In this document: one piece after another, positions 16,716 through 25,640 of the stretch
Position numbering within the stretch: position 1 is the first letter of the stretch
Layout: every line of letters starts with the position of its first letter
Source: a virus
Taxonomy: Duplodnaviria; Caudoviricetes
Length of the DNA: 25,874 nucleotides
Virus record (IMG/VR): IMGVR_UViG_3300024518_000883
Coordinates: 1-25,874 of that record
Strand: one strand, 5' to 3'
Notes under the pieces: model-generated
What the model was told of the DNA's origin: nothing
The model's input: only the letters and a program-made list of their open reading frames with translations
Database searches by the model: none
Program-made: the position numbers and the translations under genes

Positions 16716-16764
16716 CTGGATACACCCTCAAGTGTTGCGCCTCCCGGCGAATTTTAACCTCCGA
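16716..16764 (-). promoter_or_regulatory. Structured leader of the scaffold gene (two small hairpins, one containing the RBS)
   Basis: Minus strand CGCC-GGGA-GGCG (GNRA loop), then ACAC-TTGAGG-GTGT enclosing GAGG, ending 6 nt before the ATG. Confidence 0.4.
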
Positions 16765-19089
16765 TCATTCCTCGGAGTCAGGAACTATCCTTAAATCACC
16801 TTGTTCTCTGACAGCACTGATACTCTTCGTGGTGCCATCATCAAGTTGTATATCTGCGGTGAGTCTACCACCATCCCTGTGGACTGCGCCACCAATCACC
16901 TTGCGATTGATCTTCATGTTAGCCTCTGCCTGCTGCTGCCGCATCGCACCAATAGCCTGGTCTGCCTGCACCATGAATTGGGAAAGTATCTCGTCAACCT
17001 TGCCAGCTAGTTCCGTAGCACCAGCATCACGTTGCTGTAAGTCAATGCCGGCAGCCACTGCAGACTCCTTCACCTCGGCACCCTTGATGACAAGATTAGC
17101 CTCTTTCTGCGTCAGGTTGGCGCCCTCTTTCACCAGTTTCGACATTTCCTGCGCAATACGAGCATTGAATTCAGCCTCTGCCTGCTTGAGTTGTGCTAGC
17201 TCTGTACGAATCTCAGCCTTCTTCTGCTCACTGACAGACTTCTCTTCTTCAAGTTCTTGAGCCGCTGCCTGCACCAACTGACCGTATTCCTGGACCTGTT
17301 GCATGGCTTGTTGGGCCTGACCCATCATCTGCTGCACCTCTGGCGGGATGTCCTTGTCCTTATCAATCATCTGCTGTATCTGCGGTGGCAGCAGTGTCTT
17401 CAACCTGTCAGAAATATCTTCAGCATATGGCAGGTCCATCGACTTCATAATCAAATCACCAGCCACACCCATCAGTTCGGGCATGCCTTGTGTGAGTGAC
17501 ATGTAAGTCTCTGCAGCTTCCTGCCGTAATGTGCTGAAACTCGGACCTGAGGTAATCACATAATCATACTTGCCCTGTGCCAAATCGTTCACACGTACTG
17601 ATCGATTCGACTTAGGGTCGAACACCACCTTGTTGACCTCAACATAACTCTCAGAACCATCGGATCCGAGTACACGAAGTTCTCGCTCTGTGTCATAAAC
17701 CTCAGGAATCAGGTCAATAATGATTTCATATGTCCTGCCAATACCCTTAGCCTGGTTATCAGGAAAGTTGAACGTTGCTATCTGTCCCTGCTGCTGTCGT
17801 GCATATATAGCCCGTCCTGACTTTTCATCACCACTACGACCCATTGAAGCGTCGGGTAATCCAATAACCTCTTTTAAGTCTTCAGAGTCAATCGCTGCCT
17901 GCTGCATAAGGGCCATCGGGATATCAGCACCACCCATTCGCTGTGGTGGTCCGGGCGACTTCGGGTCAGGATTGTAGAGCATGTACGGCAGGTTCTTCTT
18001 GTGTGCCGTTGCCCACTGGTCAGTCAACCCCTTAGCCTGGTCTGGTGTTGCCCAATATACCGACTTGGGTGCTTGGGCGATCAATTCCTCAATAGCTGTG
18101 CGGCTGATGTTGTATGAGCGCTGTGCGTCTTTTGCAAATCGAGGCAAGCCCCACCAATACGGTCTGCCATCAATAACAACGTAATCACCGAACACCACCA
18201 CGAACGGGAAGTATCTGCCAGCCCACTCAGACGGCCCCTCAAGAATGGCGCTACCAGAGACAACGCACCACATGATCTTGTTGGTCATTACCTCACGACG
18301 TTCAATAATTGCCTTCTTTGGAATACCACGAGCTTCATCCGACTCGGAATCAACCACCAGTACATCATCATCAATCTGTACTTTCCAAATTTCCTTTTTG
18401 TGAGGTTGCTTGTACCAATATTCTGCCACACGCACCGTGTCATCGTCTTGCCAGTCCTCGTCATCATCGAACTCTAATGCATCTTCAAAGTTGTTCTTCT
18501 CTGCCTTTGCGCCGTACTTGGCTTCAAATGCACGGTGTGAAACCTTCTCAGTCAGGATCCAGTCTTCAGCATCACGCTTTAATGAATCCTTTGCCGATGG
18601 ATCCCAATACAAGCAAAACGGGTTCTCAATCGACTTGATGCAGATGTCCTGCTCGAACATACTATCATCAGCGTATTCAGTATCAACACGCCATGCACCA
18701 AACCCTGCGTTGACTTGATACTCAGCCTGGTAGTCAATTACAGTATCTCCATCAGAAACATTCCAGATATTTCTGACAAGACCCTCGTTGATTTCTGCGA
18801 TTTGGACATCGCCGCCTTCGACTGCACGAACCTTGCCCTGCGGTCTGTTGGCGCGCATCTCATTTATAATTCTCTTGCCGTACGGCCTTAGCTTATTGAA
18901 CTCGTAACAGGGACGCAGACCGCGCTCCTGCTTCATGTTGTCTTCCCATTGCCAGCCAGGAATCAGTGCAAATTTCAGATCCTGCATGCCCTGCAAGCGG
19001 TTCTCATGGTCTGCATCGAACATGATGGTATACCTGCCACGTATCTTGACCAGCAAGTCCTTGTTTGCCTTCCTTCTCATGTCAACCAT
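16765..19089 (-). CDS. Portal protein, P22 gp1-like
   Basis: 774 aa; GWQW..RPC..NKL, GFGAWRV, YWDP, RVAEYW, AKDAQR.YN, SGRAI.ARQ.QG, GKYD..GPSF.T.RQEA, then a long Q-rich coiled coil. Confidence 0.93.
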   Translation of the reverse strand: MVDMRRKANKDLLVKIRGRYTIMFDADHENRLQGMQDLKFALIPGWQWEDNMKQERGLRPCYEFNKLRPYGKRIINEMRANRPQGKVRAVEGGDVQIAEINEGLVRNIWNVSDGDTVIDYQAEYQVNAGFGAWRVDTEYADDSMFEQDICIKSIENPFCLYWDPSAKDSLKRDAEDWILTEKVSHRAFEAKYGAKAEKNNFEDALEFDDDEDWQDDDTVRVAEYWYKQPHKKEIWKVQIDDDVLVVDSESDEARGIPKKAIIERREVMTNKIMWCVVSGSAILEGPSEWAGRYFPFVVVFGDYVVIDGRPYWWGLPRFAKDAQRSYNISRTAIEELIAQAPKSVYWATPDQAKGLTDQWATAHKKNLPYMLYNPDPKSPGPPQRMGGADIPMALMQQAAIDSEDLKEVIGLPDASMGRSGDEKSGRAIYARQQQGQIATFNFPDNQAKGIGRTYEIIIDLIPEVYDTERELRVLGSDGSESYVEVNKVVFDPKSNRSVRVNDLAQGKYDYVITSGPSFSTLRQEAAETYMSLTQGMPELMGVAGDLIMKSMDLPYAEDISDRLKTLLPPQIQQMIDKDKDIPPEVQQMMGQAQQAMQQVQEYGQLVQAAAQELEEEKSVSEQKKAEIRTELAQLKQAEAEFNARIAQEMSKLVKEGANLTQKEANLVIKGAEVKESAVAAGIDLQQRDAGATELAGKVDEILSQFMVQADQAIGAMRQQQAEANMKINRKVIGGAVHRDGGRLTADIQLDDGTTKSISAVREQGDLRIVPDSEE

Positions 19090-20387
19090 TATGCTGCGTA
19101 TCCACTTTCAAACCCCTTGTATGGGTTGTCAATAATCGCATTATCATTCACCAGACTGTCTGCAACAACAGCAGTATAACAATATGCCTCACTACCATGA
19201 GAGAACTCATCCTTCATCGGCGCACCAGGATGGTCTGTGGTTGCCGGTATCTGTCTCTTCCATCGTCGCAGGCAGTGTATCAGCCCCCTGCAGTCATCAC
19301 CGTCTGATATGTACAGGTTCTGGAACATATCCCGGCCCAGTGAGATGTAATTCTCAACCCCAATCTGAGGTATCTGCTCAGTATTCCACCCCAACTCTTC
19401 CATCACATCAAAGTGACTCTTACCGTACTTCGGGTCTTTGTGGCTGGCATCGTGCGGCATGAACATCTTACCCCATCGATACGGCAATGCCTCAAGCTCA
19501 CGGGTCATCTGCTCATAGGTAGTGTGTGTGTACTCGTAATAGCCAATAATCTGCACAGTCGAGGCAAACCGCTGCACCAGTATCAGTGACATCACACCCC
19601 AACCTAAATCCATCACACCGTAGACCAATCCACTGCTGTCATAGTCGAGCGGGCGTACCCTGCTGTTCTCGAACAGTTGAGCCACCTCATTTGCGAATAT
19701 TGCCCCAGCCACTGCCGGCAAACACCGGCCCTCCCATGTATGAAGATATATGGCCTTGCTATGTGATTTGTCAGTGTCCTGCAGGTATTTACGCTCTTGT
19801 TCGAGTATCTCAGGAAAAAACGGGTTATCCGTGTGATTAATCTTGGTGACGTAACTGTCTGGTGGTGGGTTCTCGACCAGGCGTATGTAGGTTGGGTCAG
19901 TATCTAGTTCTGGATTAAAAGTAGCCCATATCTCGGATGCTCCAAACTTCGGATGCTCTGCCCGGATTGTTGGTATTAATACACTCCAGCTTTTATCACT
20001 GACAACCTGAGCCTCTTCGACCCATGCAATATGCACCCCATGAAGTGATTTCAACTTGGCAACGTCCATTGACCGTATACCAGAGAATATAAACTCGGAA
20101 CCGTTCAACCCAACAATGGAATCATTCTTGATGATGAAGAAGTCTTCTAACTTGAGGCGGGCTATCTCATCACACAGAACCTGGTGGACTGATTCACGGA
20201 TTGTCTTCTGGATTTCCCTTGTACACAGGATGCGCAGTTTGAATGCGTAGGCAAGCAAGAGCAGTATCTGGGCCACTGTTACGGTCTTACCGGATCCTCG
20301 ACCACCATATGCCACTTTGTATCTGTGACGCTCGGTAAAGAATGGCACTAATTTAAGCGGTATCTTCTGGATCAGGTCCATCATCAC
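19089..20387 (-). CDS. terL: Terminase large subunit (PBSX-type ATPase plus nuclease)
   Basis: Walker A YGGRGSGKT, CTREIQ, Walker B WVEEA, LIPTIR, TFNP, nuclease MDLG..MPHDA..SHGSEA. Exact start among three Met codons is uncertain. Confidence 0.95.
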   Translation of the reverse strand: MMMDLIQKIPLKLVPFFTERHRYKVAYGGRGSGKTVTVAQILLLLAYAFKLRILCTREIQKTIRESVHQVLCDEIARLKLEDFFIIKNDSIVGLNGSEFIFSGIRSMDVAKLKSLHGVHIAWVEEAQVVSDKSWSVLIPTIRAEHPKFGASEIWATFNPELDTDPTYIRLVENPPPDSYVTKINHTDNPFFPEILEQERKYLQDTDKSHSKAIYLHTWEGRCLPAVAGAIFANEVAQLFENSRVRPLDYDSSGLVYGVMDLGWGVMSLILVQRFASTVQIIGYYEYTHTTYEQMTRELEALPYRWGKMFMPHDASHKDPKYGKSHFDVMEELGWNTEQIPQIGVENYISLGRDMFQNLYISDGDDCRGLIHCLRRWKRQIPATTDHPGAPMKDEFSHGSEAYCYTAVVADSLVNDNAIIDNPYKGFESGYAA

Positions 20388-20622
20388 CTACATAGCCAAT
20401 CACACCAACGTTCTCAGGGAATAAGTGCTTTAGTTCTCCGGTATGTTCTGTGACCTTCAGGTCAGGCAACGTCTTCCTCAATAGCATATCAGCAGCCTTT
20501 ATTCGGGTTACACTCAATTCAGTATCCCTAAGTGCATGTTCTTGCACCAGTTTTATAAGCTGAATGGTCTGGATATGGTCCCTGCTTTGACCTGCTGTGC
20601 GTTTATTGAGTCTTGCCGCCAT
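20353..20622 (-). CDS. terS: Terminase small subunit (probable)
   Basis: MAARLN..IQ..QLI..L..HAL..RIKAA..LLRKTLPDLK..EHTG, immediately upstream of and overlapping terL. The ATG at 20622 is coupled to the upstream stop (TGATG). Confidence 0.75.
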   Translation of the reverse strand: MAARLNKRTAGQSRDHIQTIQLIKLVQEHALRDTELSVTRIKAADMLLRKTLPDLKVTEHTGELKHLFPENVGVIGYVGDDGPDPEDTA

Positions 20623-20972
20623 CAGGTGCCTATTCCGTAATGGTTTACCACTTGCCAAACGACTTGACCGATGGCTTGTGTGCTTAAACCGTTATCAGCT
20701 TTCACCAGTAGTTGCTTTCGTTCTACCCGGTTTGAGTGTCCTTGTATGGAGTTGTGGGTTGAGTTAAGAGCAATGCTGACACTTGCTGCTGCTGAGACTG
20801 ATGTCCAGTCTGTTATCTTTGTGCTGCCCGTCAGGTCATCGACACGGTAATGCACTGTTGTTGGTGTTGATGCTGCCAGCGTTGCCCTGTCTCTGAACTT
20901 TACCAGTGCAGTGAAGTTAGTGCCCTCAGAGAATCGGGTCTTCGGTAGTTGTATTTCTACCTGGTCAGCCAT
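20622..20972 (-). CDS. Hypothetical small beta-sandwich (BppU/Ig-like) protein, 116 aa
   Basis: Coupled at both ends; alternating beta pattern EG......V.F.D......P..V.Y.V.D. The fold call is an inference. Confidence 0.55.
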   Translation of the reverse strand: MADQVEIQLPKTRFSEGTNFTALVKFRDRATLAASTPTTVHYRVDDLTGSTKITDWTSVSAAASVSIALNSTHNSIQGHSNRVERKQLLVKADNGLSTQAIGQVVWQVVNHYGIGT

Positions 20973-21385
20973 TAGATTTGCCTCTGTAGGTCAGGATAAT
21001 GCTGTTCGTAGAATGTCATATTAGCACCAGACAGCCATAATTTCAGTGCTACTGTTCGTGCTGTTGGTTCATTTGTTTTATCTGGTCCCCTACCAATATT
21101 GGCCGGCAGGTCTTCACATCGCCATAGTTTATGGTTTGGATGCCCAGTAATGAACGCCATCATGCTGTCCATGCACTGCAGCATATCGTCGGCGCCCTTA
21201 TGTTCTTCAGTGGGATATCGGGCATCCCAGGATCGTGCTATGTCTACAGGATTTCGTATCGGTATGTCGGCATGACCTGTGAATGCGTTTATGTCTGTGT
21301 CGTTTAGTCCCCAGTGCCAATAACTATCTGCCCCCAGGTGCTCCCTGAGTGAACGAGTGCCCGAATGTGGGACCGATATAATCAC
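20972..21385 (-). CDS. Minimal PAPS-dependent sulfotransferase-like protein 2
   Basis: 5'-PSB-like loop ISVPHSGTRSL, 3'-PB-like IRNPVDIARSW, and RCEDL (YEDL-like); only 137 aa. Confidence 0.65.
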   Translation of the reverse strand: MIISVPHSGTRSLREHLGADSYWHWGLNDTDINAFTGHADIPIRNPVDIARSWDARYPTEEHKGADDMLQCMDSMMAFITGHPNHKLWRCEDLPANIGRGPDKTNEPTARTVALKLWLSGANMTFYEQHYPDLQRQI

Positions 21386-22236
21386 TGTAGTAGTGCCACT
21401 GCCAACAACAGGAATTCTTCATCTTCCCGTACCTGCTCCATCTCACGCTCAAATGCCTCAACGGCAGAGAAGTTTGCCTGTACTGCGGCCCGGACATAAG
21501 CCTTTGCTACGTTGTCACTGTATTCAGCCGCCTTTTCAACCTGCTTTCTGGTATAGCTCGATTGAACCATAGCCTCAAGTTCGGCTAATTCTACCTCCCT
21601 GGCAGCAACTTCTATCTGTTTGTGCAGTAGTTGGGCTATTTCAGAATCTGTCTCATCGATGATTTCCTCAATTTCCTCAAGAATTTCATCGCGCCTTTTT
21701 TCCCTCCTGCGCTTTTTCTGCCTATAACCGTCATACCAGTTAAGCGCTGCCCATCCACCACCCGTAACCTCCGGCACTGCTTCAGCAGCATTCGTGATGG
21801 TGATTGTAGGCGCGCCAATGATAGGGCTGGCACCCGCTATTGCCTCAGCCGGGATCGTCCAGGTCAGGGTTTCATCAGCGGTTATCGAGTAAGCAAGGGC
21901 CGGGAGCGTTAGGGTGGCTACTGTGTCTGAAGTCCGTGTAATGTCAGTTACGGCAATACTTGATCTGACAGCGTTCCAGCCTGCCGCCTCACCCTGTGCG
22001 CTCACAATGCCGTCTATAAGGGCTTGAGTGTTAGCTTCTGTCCCTATTGGGCCTGTACCCGCAGCCAGATACGTGTCAGCGGGTAATTCAGCCGTAAAGG
22101 TCTGTCCACCTGCAACTGCTTGTGCTTCTGTTATACCGCCTGTGATTGCCGCTGATGCGGTTGCCGCAAAGCCTGCATATTGCCTTGCGGGGCTACCTTC
22201 CAGCCCCATCCTTGACACAGCATCTAGATACGCCAT
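21382..22236 (-). CDS. Hypothetical bipartite protein: A/T/G-rich beta domain plus charged helical tail
   Basis: 284 aa; the N-terminal half has virion-protein-like composition, the C-terminal half runs GGGW..RQKKRRREKRR..EDEEFLLLAVALLQ. Confidence 0.6.
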   Translation of the reverse strand: MAYLDAVSRMGLEGSPARQYAGFAATASAAITGGITEAQAVAGGQTFTAELPADTYLAAGTGPIGTEANTQALIDGIVSAQGEAAGWNAVRSSIAVTDITRTSDTVATLTLPALAYSITADETLTWTIPAEAIAGASPIIGAPTITITNAAEAVPEVTGGGWAALNWYDGYRQKKRRREKRRDEILEEIEEIIDETDSEIAQLLHKQIEVAAREVELAELEAMVQSSYTRKQVEKAAEYSDNVAKAYVRAAVQANFSAVEAFEREMEQVREDEEFLLLAVALLQ

Positions 22237-22237
22237 G

Positions 22238-23851
22238 TCAGACTATCTTGAATGTGTCCGTTGCTACCGGCGCTGTTGCCACCGCTGTTACGGTCAGCGT
22301 TCCGGTTGCACCCGTATAATCAGTAATATCTGTTCTTTGGTCTAGTCCGTTGCCTGATGTGATGATAAGCACAGCACCGTTGTAATGGTTATCTGTTGCT
22401 TCGGCTAGATTGGTCTGCATCACAGTGGTGGTGGGTGTTCCCTCAAATGCACCCGTCACAAGCCCTGCAACCATTGTGTCAACATTAGCATCAACAACAG
22501 CTAACGCCGCATCGAGCGTTGTCCCGGTATCAACCTCAATCGCATCAATGCTAGCCTGCGTAGCATTCAGCAGATTAACACCCGTTGCCCCGGTAATAAC
22601 ATCAAGGTCTGCCTGCGCTGTTGCAATCAACCCCGGTACATTGTCAGTCTGAAGTTCGTTGGTATCGGCAACAATTAACGCAGTTTCAGCCTTGACTGCA
22701 ACAACATCAATCGCCACATTATCACCAGTAGCATCAGTGGCGACCGCCTGATAAATTGTCGTTGCGTCTGCGGCAGGATCACCGATTGCCTGCCCAAAGG
22801 TTCCTTGAGTCTGGTGCCCCGTTGCGTCTTCATCCCACACCGCATCAGAAATCTCTGTTACGTTGGCCGCGTCTGTGCCTATGAGAACGCCTGCTGTTCC
22901 TGTGATGGTGTCCAGGTCGAGCTGGGCTGTGTCAACCTTGCCATCTATGGTTGCTATCTCGGATGCAATAATACCCATACTAGCCGGTACAACGTGAGCT
23001 GATTGCAGCGCATCCCATATCTCTGTTTCGATCTCTGCTGCGGTTGGTGCTACTCCTGCGGCATCTGGTACTACCGTATTCCAGTCGTTACCGCTTGCGC
23101 CAAGATTAGTTAGTCCTGCACCAGCGGTTCCTATCTCAGCGGTATCCAAGAGTATGGCATTAATATCAGCACCGTTATCGTTTGCCGTTTGATCTGTGGC
23201 CTTGATTGAATCTACATTAGCAAATGCGGAATTAGCGAATATCTCAACACTATCGGCAACAGCCATTGTATAACCGGTGGCTAACGGCGCATCACGCAAT
23301 GTTACTGTCCGTGTCGCTCCTGTGTAATCACTAATATATCCAACCGCTTTCTGTATTCTTGTGGTTTGATCCGTAACGATTATCGTGCAGTTATTATATG
23401 CATCGTTTTGCGCTGATGCGGTTCCGGTATCCAGTGTGAATGAAGTCTGGGATGCAAGGGTGGTGATCGCACTGCGACACATCTCACCGGCTTGCCTGCG
23501 GTTGGCAATACTGAAAGTGCCTATAACCGCATTAATCCCACCAGTTGCACCATCGACAGTAGCGCCAACGGCCACAACAGAATAATCGTGCCCAGCCTCA
23601 TAAAAGTCGGGAACAGTGTTATCTGCTGTATCTATGGTCAGTTTGTGTACACCGGCAAACGTATCAACATCGATGTCAATCGTCATGCCGGCAGTGTTCG
23701 CCCTCTGCGTCAGGCTATCGTCCCGGTAAATAACCGTATCTGTATCAGTTAAGTCAGTGACCGTAACGGATGCAGACGGATCGTTGGAGTCGAAAGTATT
23801 AAACCATATAAATACGGTTTGTCCGACAGCAAAATCACCAACATAATTCAT
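22238..23851 (-). CDS. Putative virion fibre/decoration protein with internal repeats (537 aa)
   Basis: Very acidic and T/A/D/G-rich; duplicated YN..I..T..I.DYTGAT.T.T domain; repeated EI...(I/V)WD and TAQ.DLD.ITG..GV motifs. Confidence 0.65.
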   Translation of the reverse strand: MNYVGDFAVGQTVFIWFNTFDSNDPSASVTVTDLTDTDTVIYRDDSLTQRANTAGMTIDIDVDTFAGVHKLTIDTADNTVPDFYEAGHDYSVVAVGATVDGATGGINAVIGTFSIANRRQAGEMCRSAITTLASQTSFTLDTGTASAQNDAYNNCTIIVTDQTTRIQKAVGYISDYTGATRTVTLRDAPLATGYTMAVADSVEIFANSAFANVDSIKATDQTANDNGADINAILLDTAEIGTAGAGLTNLGASGNDWNTVVPDAAGVAPTAAEIETEIWDALQSAHVVPASMGIIASEIATIDGKVDTAQLDLDTITGTAGVLIGTDAANVTEISDAVWDEDATGHQTQGTFGQAIGDPAADATTIYQAVATDATGDNVAIDVVAVKAETALIVADTNELQTDNVPGLIATAQADLDVITGATGVNLLNATQASIDAIEVDTGTTLDAALAVVDANVDTMVAGLVTGAFEGTPTTTVMQTNLAEATDNHYNGAVLIITSGNGLDQRTDITDYTGATGTLTVTAVATAPVATDTFKIV

Positions 23852-23855
23852 GTTT

Positions 23856-24560
23856 TCATCCTATTGGTCCTGCAAGTACACCATGTAATGGTACACCAGA
23901 TAGAGGCCCTTTTGGGTTACCCGCAGCACCGAATCCTGGGATTCTCACACCAATGTGCCCACCACCATAAATAGGATCAGTGCAGGTCCAAGACATAACG
24001 CCACCATCAGCGCCGTCCTGAGTCGATACGCCCATTCTCAGAAATGTGACAGAATCCACCTCGACTCTGTTGGTTTGATCGGCACCCTCAGTCATTGTGA
24101 ACTGTTGACTAATAGCAAATACATCAACGAGTAAATCAGTAGCGACAGCATTGGGCACCGTTGACGATACGGATGTGCCATTGGTTGTAAAGTTATCTGT
24201 GGCAACGTCGGTGCCAACTATATCATCTGCATCAGTGGCAAACACGGCAAACACAGCGCCATCGACGGTTGTACCAGAAAGAGAGGCAGTTACCACTGAA
24301 TTGACGGCTGTGGGATTATCCAGGTACTCCATCTCGACTTCGATGTAAGTGCCCGAAGAAATCGCAGCAAACTGTCCCGTCATGGCATCATTCGCCGTAG
24401 CTACGTCCCACGCAAATGTTGCAGTAATGTCCGATGAATCTGTTTCGGCAAACCCGCACACAAGCGCAAGGTTGGCGCCGGTGACGTTTAAGTTGCCGGT
24501 GTCTATGGACGATGGACCACCAGCGGCAGCAGCAGATGCTATGTTTCCGTAAGTAGCCAT
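23856..24560 (-). CDS. Putative virion structural/decoration protein (234 aa)
   Basis: A/T/S/D-rich with a beta pattern, almost no basic residues, and a Gly/Pro-rich C-terminal peptide NPKGPLSGVPLHGVLAGPIG. Confidence 0.55.
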   Translation of the reverse strand: MATYGNIASAAAAGGPSSIDTGNLNVTGANLALVCGFAETDSSDITATFAWDVATANDAMTGQFAAISSGTYIEVEMEYLDNPTAVNSVVTASLSGTTVDGAVFAVFATDADDIVGTDVATDNFTTNGTSVSSTVPNAVATDLLVDVFAISQQFTMTEGADQTNRVEVDSVTFLRMGVSTQDGADGGVMSWTCTDPIYGGGHIGVRIPGFGAAGNPKGPLSGVPLHGVLAGPIG

Positions 24561-24943
24561 TAGTCTATAAAGTCCACATGCAACAAGCAGTCAAAATCTA
24601 TTATTGCATCAACCTCAACAGCCATGGTGCTTGCGTCTACGGGCAAATGCACTATAAGCACTGACCACAGCATTCGTGTTCCCAATCTTAAACTGCTAAC
24701 ATCCGTATCAATTCGGCCACCGATGAACGTTGCGCCACCGCAATAATGACTGTTTGGGGGTCCGGGAGCGCGGGAAGAAATACTTACCTTGAAGACATTT
24801 TCAGTTAATACGGTTATATCCTCAAACCCAGTGCGATCAATAACGACCTGCACTCTCCTGTGACCGGCAGGAACGGGAACTGTAACAGTGTCCCTACCTC
24901 GCGGCAGTCTGCGGTTGAAAACACGCTCTACACGGTGAGACAT
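24560..24943 (-). CDS. Hypothetical protein (127 aa)
   Basis: Overlaps both neighbours in the same orientation; no family recognised. Confidence 0.55.
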   Translation of the reverse strand: MSHRVERVFNRRLPRGRDTVTVPVPAGHRRVQVVIDRTGFEDITVLTENVFKVSISSRAPGPPNSHYCGGATFIGGRIDTDVSSLRLGTRMLWSVLIVHLPVDASTMAVEVDAIIDFDCLLHVDFID

Positions 24944-25446
24944 TGAATTTTTGCCTCATTGCGTAGTTGTATTTTATGTGCTTTGCCATTTGTGGTTGTC
25001 AGTGCGTGTCTTGGCAAGTCAACGTGATCCAGAAACTTACCCGAAAATGCTGCTGGCAATGTAGTGGCCACCCCCTGCGTTAATAACGATTCGTAACTAA
25101 ACGAATAATCTGCAGCTTGACGCATTTCCTCATCCCATTCCTTGCGCTTTTTCGCCAGCGCAATGACCTCACTTTCGGGAAGGTCAACCACTCCATCAGG
25201 AAACATATAGTGCATCATCATCATCGACCTGGCCCCCGCACAAGCGTTCTCGCGATACATATGCACTATCGGACTTGTCATCCACGGTTTGACGTAGTTT
25301 GAGAGGATTTGCGGGTGCTCTAAAAACTCGGACTCACTGCCATTGAACTCATGCACAACATCATCAATATCAGGATGTGATTTCAGTGCATTGCACAGCA
25401 TGTGGGTGCCCGTTCGTGGTAGAGCTAGAATGACAAAAGGTTTCAT
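24928..25446 (-). CDS. PAPS-dependent sulfotransferase-like protein 1 (Stf0-like)
   Basis: FVILALPRTGTHMLCNALKSHPDI...HEF (5'-PSB loop), HMYRENACAGARS (3'-PB R..S) and FSYESL. Confidence 0.78.
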   Translation of the reverse strand: MKPFVILALPRTGTHMLCNALKSHPDIDDVVHEFNGSESEFLEHPQILSNYVKPWMTSPIVHMYRENACAGARSMMMMHYMFPDGVVDLPESEVIALAKKRKEWDEEMRQAADYSFSYESLLTQGVATTLPAAFSGKFLDHVDLPRHALTTTNGKAHKIQLRNEAKIQCLTV

Positions 25447-25554
25447 TTACTTCACGATATTCAATGCGCTCAATACAAGCATCTGCATTGCGCAGACGAT
25501 AGATTTCACCACAAACATATCGAAAGCGTGGGTAACTTGGATTGATTCTGACAT
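25447..25554 (-). CDS. Possible 35-aa hydrophobic peptide
   Basis: MSESIQVTHAFDMFVVKSIVCAMQMLVLSALNIVK; its TAA abuts the next ATG (TAAATG). No clear RBS. Confidence 0.3.
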   Translation of the reverse strand: MSESIQVTHAFDMFVVKSIVCAMQMLVLSALNIVK

Positions 25555-25562
25555 GCTTTGTG

Positions 25563-25630
25563 GTTGTATAAGTTAATGTCTTTTGTCTCAAAATTAAATT
25601 CTGCTGCCCCCGTACAGCCTAAGAATAGCA
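25563..25630 (-). promoter_or_regulatory. Candidate late promoter(s) in the AT-rich gap
   Basis: Minus strand TTGAGA-17 nt-TACAAC (25591-25563) and an extended -10-like TGcTATTCT (25630-25622). Both are imperfect matches. Confidence 0.3.
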
Positions 25631-25640
25631 CAAAAACCGC

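Noticed and set aside
20623-20658. Upstream start for terS
   Set aside because: It lies inside the upstream gene; the ATG at 20622 gives a TGATG coupling and a typical MAARL start.
194-25576. Numerous plus-strand ORFs of 60-190 aa in the six-frame track
   Set aside because: They are antisense shadows of well-supported minus-strand genes, with no recognisable motifs. Only 8309-8518 is kept, as a weak finding.
25370-25591. 73-aa minus-strand ORF
   Set aside because: TTG start and a 77-nt overlap with the sulfotransferase; the 35-aa ORF fits the gene packing better, though neither is secure.
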